64,000 nucleotides of DNA from Adineta vaga (Eukaryota > Animalia > Rotifera), in contig CP075492.1 in assembly GCA_021613535.1 (NCBI GenBank), positions 6,696,001 to 6,760,000 of the forward strand. Reading direction: 5' to 3'. This document shows positions 1-10,878 of this stretch, piece after piece. Made by a program: the position numbers and the translations under genes. Numbering within the stretch: position 1 is the stretch's first letter; every line of letters starts with the position of its first letter. The notes beneath the pieces are model-generated. The model saw nothing but the letters and a program-made list of their open reading frames with translations, did no database searches and was not told where the DNA came from.

Positions 1-501
1 TCAAAGTTGAATCGAAAAACATATCATGAAAAATTGGTGTTGTCTCGTATGCCATTGATTATATATGATTGTTTAGTCGATGTTTAAAATCATATATATA
101 TATATATATCATCACAAGAAAAAAAGAGTAGATCATTATCTTTTTTTGCACTGTTCATCTGTTAAATATAGATAAACGAATCAGAGAGCATGTCTATGCA
201 TCTGATATTCGTTCACATTCTTTCTTTTCGTTGTTACAAACATGCAAATCTCTGTCTAGAGAAAAAGAACATATCATGAAGATGTTAACAATTAGTGAAA
301 TAGATATTTAACTCTTGTGAAGCAATGATATTTAGACAATATCTACCATAATAGAGAATGTTTCAGTTCATTCTCAGGATTAAAGATACATATTGATAGT
401 ATGAATCATTTATCAAGAAATTAGCAATATATTCTTTGAAGGAAGTTTTTATTTATAATGCAGCTAACTGAGTTGTTCATATTAACATGTTAGCTGATCG
501 A

Positions 502-935
502 TTAGCCAGAACTGGATGATGACAATGCAAATATTGATACCACACAATACCTAAGACAATCTAAAATATATAATTACATCTTCCAATCCATACGTCCTAC
601 ATCGATTCATTTTCCCATCTAAATATCACAATATTACACTACCTTCTACATCAAACTTCACTTCAATTCACTTACTGAACAATTGTACTTCCATCAACTT
701 CAAACTCCCATAAACAACCATTACTCATATGAACATATTCATCTCTCTTTGCAACAATCATTGCACTAACAATTGTACGAAATGACTGTTGAAGATCTAC
801 TAATGATCGTTGACATAAATCAACAATTTGCCGAGTCCATTGATCAATATTTTCTTTCTTGTATTCATTTGTATTCAAGACGTTTTCGATTATAGTTCGA
901 ATGAGTTCAGTAGTTTTTATGACATCGAAAGACAT
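502..935 (-). CDS. Tctex-1 family dynein light chain (DYNLT1/3-like); exons 935-676, 618-601, ~550-502; 5' end uncertain
   Basis: Spliced product MSFDVIKTTELIRTIIENVL...IDQWTRQIVD...CLWEFEVDGSTIVQ|WENESM|YCVVSIFALSSSSSG* matches the Tctex-1 pattern (CxWD..DG...V.WEN.SMYCVVSxF). GT-AG introns keep the frame. Confidence 0.88.
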
Positions 936-1156
936 GAAATATTTAAAAAATAAATAACAGAAGAAGAAGAAGAAGATGTTGGCGGTTTTTTGTTTATTCG
1001 AATACATTAGAGAAGATGACATCTCCTGAAAAAAAAGCAAGACAAAAGAATGCGTTTACGGTTGACTGAAGTTTTCGCTCATTGGTTACTCTTGAATCAA
1101 TCGATTGCCTAATATTATCACCGTTTTCATTTCATTCATTCATTGATTTCTAAGAA

Positions 1157-3709
1157 ATGTCTCGCCGTACAAAGGTCTTATTTTTTTCATCAGCATGTGC
1201 TTTAATTATTTATTTGCTTCGTCGTTATCGTCGATATTTGATTCTGAAACGAAAACTTCAAAGATCTGATTCAGCGAATAAACGATTTTATCATCAATTA
1301 CTTCGGCTTCTTCCGATCCTTATTCCACGATTACGAAGTGATTCATGTGCTTTATTAGCAATATATTTGACAACACTTGTTTCTCGAACATTTCTTTCTA
1401 TATCTATTGCACATATCGATGGTTCTATTGTCAAATCTTTAGTTCAACGAAATCATCGTGATTTCCTTCGTACTATTGGTATTTTTCTACTTGTTTCTAT
1501 CCCTGCTAGTTTTATTAATAGTTTCATTCGATTTGTTGAATCGAAACTTGCACTAGCATTTCGAACGAAATTAACTCATCATGCGTATGCCGCTTACTTC
1601 CGGGTAAATATCCTTCTTTCAAATACTATCGTTAACGAAAACATATTCATTTAGAATCAAACCTATTATCGTATATCAAATTTAGATACTCGTTTATTAA
1701 CACCAGATCAAAATCTAACGGATGATATTGAAACATTTACAACAACATTGACACATCTTTTTTCTCACTTAACAAAACCATTTCTTGATGTAGCACTTAT
1801 TTCATGGACGCTTGTGGTAATGGTTCAACAAAAACAAACGGCACGAGGTCTTAAAGGTAGCTTCCAATATAAAGCAAATCTTGAATAATCATTAACCTAG
1901 TGTTTTTCTTTTGCTAAACAGAAGTTCCTGTTTTAACAATAGTGGTTATTCTTTTGACGTTCTGGGCTCTTCGAAAACTTTCACCACGTTTCGGTAAACT
2001 CGTGTCTGAAGAAGCAAGAAAACGTGGTTTATTACGTTTTGCACATACAAGAATTATTACCAATGCTGAAGAAATTGCATTTTTCGATGGTCATGAAGTA
2101 AGAGACATAGATGAGTTATCACCTGCTTACGAACATTTTGATTCAGGTCGAAAAATCATGGATTTTGAAATTATACAATCAGTTGCGTCAACAAACGAAT
2201 GTGATTATTAAAAAAAAGTTATCGTTCATCATGCTCGAACAGTTTCTAATGAAATATTTTTGGCACTCATGTAATTTTAATCGAATGATTCAGTACCAGA
2301 AAAACTGATGGTTATTTTTATCTTTCGTTTTAGGTGGAATGGTTTTCATTGCCATACCAATGCTTTCATATCATGAATCATCAACAGCAGATAGTAATTA
2401 ATACAATTGAACAAGCCTAAAAATATGTGTCTTGTTATTAGATCCCATAGGTGAATCACTTGGGATTAGTACTCGTACAGAAGAATACACAATTAGTAAA
2501 AATCTCTTACAATCAGGTGCCGATGCTGTTGAACGTATCATATCATCATATAAAGAGGTAAGATTGAATTATGTTGATATGAAAGACATTTTTTGTCTTG
2601 ATCAGATTGCACAATTAGCAGGATATACCAATCGAGTTTATACAATGCTTCATGTATTTGATGAATGTGCACTTGAACGATATCAACGAATACCGATGAT
2701 TACAGAAGAACGATCAGCCATAGAAATGAAACGAAGAGTGGTATTAAATAAGCAAGCAGGTTAGATATATTTAATCGAAAAGATAATAATGTCAGGTTTT
2801 TTGTAATATAGAAGGTCAAATTATTGAATCAGTTGAAAATATCATCGCTGAAAATGTACCAATTATTACACCGAATGGTGATATTATTGTTGAAAGTCTT
2901 TCATTAAAAGTAGAATCTGAAAAAACAATACATAAACAAAATAACCATTCATCTTTGTTTAGATCACACCAGCGATGCACGTTTTAATTACAGGTCCTAA
3001 TGGTTGTGGTAAATCATCATTTTTCCGAATTATTCGAGGTTTATGGCCAATTCATTCAGGTCGTCTTTATCGACCAAATCCATCAAATTTCTTTCTCATT
3101 CCACAAAGACCATACATGTGTCCTGGAACCTTACGTGATCAGATTATATACCCTCATACTCTCGAGCATGCATTTGTCAACGATGATCAATTGATAGAAA
3201 TTCTCAATAGTGTTGAATTACAATACATAGTACAACGTGAAGGTGGCTTGAATGTTGAACGTGATTGGAAAGATATACTTTCAGGTGGAGAAAAACAACG
3301 TCTAGCTCTAGCTCGAATCTTCTATCACAAACCTAAATATGCTTTATTGGATGAATGTACTAGTGCAGTCTCGATTGATGTAGAAGGAAAAATCTATGAA
3401 CGCGCGAAACAATTAGGTATCACCTTGTTAACAATTACACATCGACCTTCTCTTTGGTGAGAAAAATTTTAATTTCTGAAGATTATTTATTATTGTTTGT
3501 CATTTTTCAGGGCTTATCATACACATTTATTGCAATTTAACGGCGAAGGTCAATGGACCTTTGAAGTTCTCAATACAGAAAAACGTTTAACGCTTAAAGG
3601 TGAAAAAGAACGTTTGGAAGTTCAATTAGCCGGTGTTCCTTCGATGCGACGACGTTTGAGTGAATTATGTCATTTACTTGGTGAAGATTCAAATGATGAT
3701 CAGAACTAA
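1157..3709 (+). CDS. ABCD1/2: Peroxisomal ABC half-transporter, ABCD1/ABCD2 (ALDP)-like; multi-exon
   Basis: EAA motif [16 protein letters not shown], Walker [10 protein letters not shown], signature LSGGEKQR, Walker [16 protein letters not shown]1/2-type segments [13 protein letters not shown] and [23 protein letters not shown]. Confidence 0.95.
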
Positions 3710-4109
3710 TACTATTGATTTCTTTTTTTCATGTCTTGTATCTAAATTGTGTTAAATAATAGAAGAAATAAATATACGCAATAGAAATAATTCAATTTGA
3801 ACATGAATTAAATCTGTTAATTTGACGTAAAAATGAATAGTGAAATATCATCGGTAAAAAAGGTGTTAATTTCTTCGACAATTTGTTAAAATAATCAGTA
3901 TCTTAATTTACACGTTACCAGTGTGAAATTTTATCAATTTTCTGCCTTCTTATAGCTTCGACATTCTTATTGAAAATCTGTATTCATTTATTACTATTGT
4001 ACTATCACACTAGAATCATTCAAGCCTTTTTCTCGGAACGATATACAAACAAAGTGAGTCGTGCAGATTCAATGTTGAAATAGAGAGTTATCATTCAAAT
4101 TTTTAGATA

Positions 4110-4627
4110 ATGCATCAACTGCCTATATTCATTCTTTCGATCATCATTGTACAAATGAGTTATGCTTGCTATATCACCAATTGTCCTATTGGTGGCAAAC
4201 GAAGTTTATATCTTAAGCCTAGTCATCATACACATGAAGTTAGACATCTTACTCGAAAATATGTAGGAAATGAGAGATCTTTTTGTTGATTTTAGTGTCC
4301 TCGTTGTGGACTCAATGGACAATGTTATGGATCATCCATCTGTTGTTCAAGCTTAGGTTGTCGTATTGGACATCCTTCGGACGTTCGTCAATGTTCAACT
4401 GAAAATCGAAGTGTTGTTCCATGTACGATCAAAGGTACCATTTGTTCGGCTGTACCAAATGGCCGTTGTGCTGCTAATGGAGTTTGTTGCGGCACAGGTA
4501 GATTATTGATTAAATATAAAATTTCTCAAAAATTACAACTATCTATCGTTTAGAATCATGCCGAACGGATGAAAGTTGTTCCATATCAATAAATCAAGAC
4601 GATGAATTACCTGCTTTATCTGCATGA
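4110..4627 (+). CDS. Oxytocin/vasopressin-family nonapeptide-neurophysin precursor (exons 4110-4238, 4296-4497, 4554-4627); predicted mature peptide CYITNCPIG-NH2
   Basis: 19-aa signal peptide MHQLPIFILSIIIVQMSYA, then CYITNCPIG-GKR (4167-4202), then a 14-Cys neurophysin CPRCGLNGQCYGSSICCSSLGC...CSTENRSVVPC...C...GRCAANGVCCGT|ESCRTDESC. A 5'UTR intron is likely at 4054-4106. Not in the ORF track. Confidence 0.97.
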
Positions 4628-4941
4628 TATCAAAATCTCTTTCTCTTATCTCTTGATATTATTTTACTGTACTGATGATCTGCGTATTTAAATTAAATAA
4701 ATAAACATAAAACGAAGAAGATTTTCAATTTTTTGTCTATCTAAGAATGTATCTTGAGCATGAAAAACAGAAAAATCAGATGTCACTAGTTTGCTTTGTT
4801 CATAGTAAAGTATTTTCAATTGGATCGATATGAATCATTGAAAAACCACGTGGAATAAAATTTATCTTTCTTCTTTAGTTATATGCTTATATCGAAATAA
4901 ACTTACCCAATATCAGTAAATCAATATTCCTTGTATCTATC

Positions 4942-6358
4942 ATGTCTCGTCAATATTCTAATCGTTCATATAATTCTTCACATGATAATTCATCTCGACG
5001 ACTTCGTCAATCACCACAAAATGATTATTCCTACTATCACAATTCACCTCATCGAGAAGGAACTAATCGCCGTCCAACAATACCTTTAAGTCGTATTACA
5101 GTAATAAATAAATTCTTTTTTTTTCTCAATCTTTTCTTTGTATATTACAATCAATTGCATTCAATAGACTGCCGCAACAGTATCAGCATCAACTCCACAT
5201 TATCGTTTTGAAAATCCATCAGCCGCTTCATTTACTCGTCGTCCACCTTGGTTTGATGGCGATTGGGAAGATCAACAACGACCAACATATTATCAAAATA
5301 ATCATATAAAACGTCAACGATCATCTGCGATTAACACATCTAACTTACAATCACATCATCATCATCATCCTCATCGTCAATATGAACGAAAACGTTCACG
5401 ACATAATGAACATGAACATTATCCATCGTATTCGTAAGAAAAACTAATCCTTACACAATTCTTTTTTAAGCTTTCTCGGTTTTTTTTGTCTGATGTAGAA
5501 ATCATCGTTCTACTACTAATCCTATAGTAACACATAATCGTTCTGTTCAACCTCTTCATCAATCACCACCTATTCCTACGATCTATCGTCAATCAATGCC
5601 TTCTCCTTCTCCTCCACCTTCTTCTTCAAATACACATTATCATCAAAATGGAATAACATTTGAATCTCTACCATATCATCCATCTCCAGTCTATCATCAA
5701 ACATCAATGTCTACACATATACATCAACGACCTTCACCATCGTTTCTTCTTACAAATTTACTTCAGTAAATAGCTCGATATTGATTTTAAAAACGAATGA
5801 AATTTTATCTTGTTCTCTAGTCGTATTATCGATACACATGCAGCTTCATACAGTGATAATCATATACATCATCATCCACCTGCAGCATCAATTGATTTGA
5901 TTGCCTATGCATGGATCTCTCCTAGTCACGAAATCTTTTCTTTATCACCAACATTTAATATGCAATTTGGTGTAAGAATTCTATTCTGTCAAGATTAGAC
6001 ATACATAAATACATACTTGTTTTCTATAGGATTTCTTTGATTTGACGATTCCGGATGAAACTCCAGTTGTTGGTTTAACTGATACTGAACTTGAACGATT
6101 ACCAACAATAATCTATTCAAAAACATCTACGAATATTGATATTGATGAAAAATGTGCTGTATGTTTAAATGAATATAATACTGGTGAAAAACTCAAACAT
6201 CTACGTTGTAAACATTACTTTCACAGTGAATGTATTGATCCATGGCTGAAGGTATGTGATAAATGTTATATTTTATTTCAATGAAGAGAAAAATATGATT
6301 GATTTATTTTTAGACATCAACTCGATGTCCCGTATGTCGTGGTGAACAGACAAATTAA
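4942..6358 (+). CDS. C-terminal RING-H2 E3 ligase with low-complexity His/Ser/Pro N-terminus (RNF38/RNF44/Arkadia-like architecture)
   Basis: GLTDTELERLP...CAVCLNEYNTGEKLKHLRCKHYFHSECIDPWLK|TSTRCPVCRGEQTN*; several short GT-AG introns upstream. Confidence 0.88.
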
Positions 6359-6746
6359 ATTCAAGTTTTTTCTTTCTTTCTATTATTTGCAGATAAACAT
6401 GAGTTGTTGTTTTCTCTTCTTTTCTTTCTCGTTTGATGATGAACATATTTGATTTGATTTGATTTGTTTTGTTTATATATCTTTGTATTCCAGAACGTTT
6501 TTTTGTTTTTTTTCTCGATTTTGGTGTCTTTTCTCTTTGTGCAATAGTCTTTCAATACACAAGACATCTTTAGAGTGAAAAAAAACCACACACACACATA
6601 CATTGCATATTTTGTTCTTTCTTTTCTCTTCTTTTTGCTTGTCTTTTTTATATACGTAAGAAAATTTCATACAATAATAAAACATATTATAGAACAAGAA
6701 TGAAAATTTATTTTTAGTTAGATGTATGTAAAATACTCTTTTAGTT

Positions 6747-8788
6747 TTAATCACAATCGAGTATCATATGATCATCGGGATGTTCTAACCAATGAAGAAC
6801 TGATGAAAGTTCATCTTCTAAAATCTCTTCAGTTTTCTTTACTATTGGTCGGGACAATAAATGACTAGCTTTTTCTTTAATTTCATTTGAACAACCATCA
6901 TTGACTAAAAAATCAAGTACATTTTCTAATTCTTTTGTTTTCGATCCAAGAAATTCGATTAAACGGAGACATTGAATCTCTGTTTCTTGACCACCATCAC
7001 CAATTAACAATGGAATTTGATTAATAACAATCGTTGATAATGAATTATCTTTCGAATTGTCTCCGAATGAAAATTGATAATGCTTCTCTAAAGTTTGATC
7101 ATTCGTCGCTTTGGTTAAGATGATATACCAGGCGTGAGCAAGTGCACAACGAACAACATCACCAAGTGAATATTCGGTTAATTGAATAAAATTTGATGTT
7201 AAATGATTATCCATTGGAGAAAGTAAATCACATTCAACAAGTGTAGCAAGAAAATCGATTAGATCTCCTTGAATATATTCATTTGTATTATGAACAAGTT
7301 TATCAATCAATTGTCGAAGAAAATCATTGGTAAACCAAGAAGGAAGTTGAGATATGTTTGAGCTTTTGACTAGTTGAATAAGAAAATGAAGAACACAATC
7401 TTTATTATCCCATTGTAATAATTGATCTGTATCTTGAAAGAGAAGTATTTCAATGATAGACTCAATCGATTCAAGATAATCTTTATTATTCATTGTATTA
7501 AGAATTAAACTAAATAATGATTGATAAACAAAGGTCGATCGAATTTTCATTTTCACTTGATCAATGATCATTTGAATTGATTCGTTGTTGTTAGATTGTT
7601 GTAGTTTTTCCAAGCAAACAATCAATTGTGCAAGAATTTTATCTGAATGTTTATCTCCAAGTAACATTTTTCGAATGGATAAAGAATAAAAATCAAGTTT
7701 ATAAAGAAATGATTTTGAATCAAGAATAAATGGTTGAATCGCATCAAATACAATCGTTGCCAAAGCAATTGAATCCGTAGTTCGTTCATATAGTTTACAA
7801 CATAGATATTCTGTTAATTCACCAAATTCATCTTCGTGTTCGACTAGAAAGAGAAGTTTTTATAGATGAAGAATATTTTTATTCACTTACTGTTTTGTTC
7901 ATTTTCATCGATTTCTTCGAATTCTGTTTCTTGTAAGTAGAGAAACAGAGCTTTGAGACAAGCAGTTAATTTACTCGTTGATTGATTATGTTCATAACGA
8001 GATGAAATAATTGATAAAAGCATATGAACATAATCCGATAGAGATTTTTCAAGAATACGATTTAAATAAAATACAATTTGATCTTCATTTGTAACATATT
8101 TTGCTGTTTTTAATACAAATGCACGTACTGCTGTACTATCCATTAGATTTTCATAGATATTCAATTGTTTGATTAATATCTGTTGTTTATTTTCATCAAG
8201 AAGCATTAAAATATTATAAATCAGATCTGAATTGACAGATTGTTTTTGAATTTGATGAAATAATTGATATTGATCATGTTTAGAAATATAAAGAGCTAAG
8301 AATTGTGCAAGAGTATTTCGTACGTAAAGATTTGGATCTGGTGAGAAAAGTTGAATTATATGTGTGAAGAATATTTCATCGAATGATTGTTGAAGATCAT
8401 GTTCATAAATGAGAATTGCAATTTGTAATGATAAATGTCGAACAATACTTGAATGAATGAGTAGTGAATGATTAAAAAGTTGATTCAAAAAATCTTGATA
8501 ATCGAATTGGATAATGTTTAAATGTTGTCGAAATGAATAACGTATTAAACGAAGTTGATACTCAAATGTAACGATATTTGATGAATGAAATGGATAGATA
8601 ATTGTAGAAATAAGAGTTTCAATAGATAATTTTAGTGGAGAATATTTTTGTATTGTTTGATTCAATAATTGAGTAAATCGTTCAAAATAATCACGAGATA
8701 ATTGAGGATTATCTGATTGTGTTTGAAGTAAGAAACGGTTGAATATTGTTTGAATTAAGATCAAATGTTTGTCTTCGGTAGAATTCAT
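6747..8788 (-). CDS. BRAT1: BRAT1-like helical-repeat protein (Integrator INTS9/INTS11 partner); exons 8788-7891 and 7843-6747
   Basis: A 47-nt intron joins the two ORFs in frame. Segments resemble human BRAT1 as recalled: DPNLYVRNTLAQFLA ~ DSSLFVASAASQLL; HNTNEYIQGDLIDFLATL ~ HPCWEVRDSALEFLTQL; C-terminal ILDCD ~ EADCY. Confidence 0.6.
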
Positions 8789-10878
8789 CTTGAATAACAA
8801 AATTTTTCATGTAATATTTTTGTTTTATTCTCATTCACTGTGCGTGAATGTGAAAGAAGATCGATGAGTCAAGATTACCTTTATGATTTTATGCTTTCCA
8901 TCGATTGGTTCGCTATATAATTACTAAAGGTTATTTTTGATGATGACAACTTGTTTTGAGAATAAAAAAGTATCTTGAATAATTATATTAGTTTTATCTT
9001 GTGATTTGAAATAGCAAATATCAACAGTAAGAAATAACAGATACTATTGGTGGCTCCCTCTGAAGAACATTCGAACACAGTTCTCTCGATCCTATTTTAA
9101 CATTTTCGCATATATGTGAAGGAATATTTCGAATGCACCATCATTTATATCTATTCCTACGTGCTGTTTTGGAATATTTAATAAGAATGAATATTAATTA
9201 CTAGAACAGAGATCCTTCCTGACATATGCTTTATTCAAGACAAAGAATCATAACAATTAGTTATTTGAAGTACTTTTCTTCTCTTATTACATACTTTCGC
9301 AAATATTCATTATACAATTGTTAGTTCTGATTGGTTGATGACAATGAATACGTGAATGAATGAGAAATCGTTTTCAATGATAATAAATATCTTCAAATAA
9401 GATACGAATGTAGAGATTAATATCCAACTAGTTATTTGATTTATTCAAAAGAAAAGTAATCTCTTACGGACCGGTTATCATTTACTTCGTGTAAGATATA
9501 CTGAAACAAAGTCTTGAGATTTTTGAATTATTATTTTTCTTTAAATTACTTGAAGTAAGTATTGATATATTCTTTGATGGATTAAACTTATCGATCCGAT
9601 TGCAAAATTGTTTTATCATTCATAGGAAAAGAGAGAGGCTTGTTAATAATGCTAAAATATTCGATAAAAAAACTCAATCGATCTAACGAAGTCATTTTAT
9701 ATTTGACAAATCTATTGGGAAATTAAAGTATGATTAACAAAATGTGAAGGCATAAAGCCTAAGCTGATTTATCTGTTTTCTTTTCCACCCGTCTATCATA
9801 AACGTCATTACATTCCCTTGTACTTTTTTTAACATTTCATTCTCTTTTGAAATTTGGTTAACAAATTATGTCACTCAATAAGGATTCTATTCAAATATAA
9901 ATTGTTCCCTATGTTTGATTATCGAAAAGTCGTGATCAATCATCAGAAAGAATAAAAATGAGTACGTGTTTATTGATCTCAATCATTAGAGTAGTATGGT
10001 TGTTATTTTCACAGAGTTCGTTACTAAGTACACTTCCTCGTATGATAGTCGTCGTGCAGTTGGTTTTGGATATATATATGTATTTGTATTTATGGAGATA
10101 AGTTGCTTGTTGTTCTCTTACACATTACCTAACAGCTTATACATGTGCGCATTTGCTTCGACTATTGAGAAATAAAGACAGCATCCGAGTGCTGTCTACA
10201 CTGAAATATTCTTTCCTTTCACTATAACTGAGGACGACACTTTTTCTTTTGTCAGCTAAGAGAAGCATAAGAAGTAGTATAGTTTTTCTTTCCTTTTTTC
10301 ACATCTAAAGAATTTTCATTAAATTTGACAGAATATTTCTTTTGACCTTCGGAAGTTTTGAGAGACATCAGGAAGCAGAGTCTAACAAATATTGACATGT
10401 GTTTTCTAGCAGATAGTTAAAAGAATAAATAAGTACGTGTACTTTAGAACAGTAGAAAAAACAAAATTAACCAGCATAGAACTGTATATGGATCAATTAA
10501 TTAAATATGCATCAAGCCTTCGAATAACAACTGTTAAATAGAAGGTATAGTCGAAATTACTTTTCTTATACTTTTTTAATAAAGATTTAAGTGAATCATA
10601 TGCGATAAAAATCGGAAGGTGATATTATGTTTCGTAGTCTTTTAAACACATTATTAAGTAGATAATTATCTATGTAGAAGGTAGTCATGCGAGCAATCGT
10701 CAGGTTATTCGAGTGTTGATAGTGTCATTTATAACGAATGTAAATGAGAAGCAGAGAAAGAGAGCGATAGAGAAAGAAAAGAACTGGAAGGAAAAAAATG
10801 GTATACAAACATGTTTTTTCTATCATTTTTTTAAGAAAAGAACACATCAAATCATCCTTATTATCATGTGATAAATGA

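Noticed and set aside
1-87. Open frame SKLNRKTYHEKLVLSRMPLIIYDCLVDV* at the window edge
   Set aside because: May be the last exon of an upstream gene, but it is too short and has no recognisable motif.
6361-6754. Minus-strand Lys-rich ORFs 6361-6603 and 6473-6754
   Set aside because: Translations of T/A-rich convergent 3'UTR sequence with no domain or splice support.
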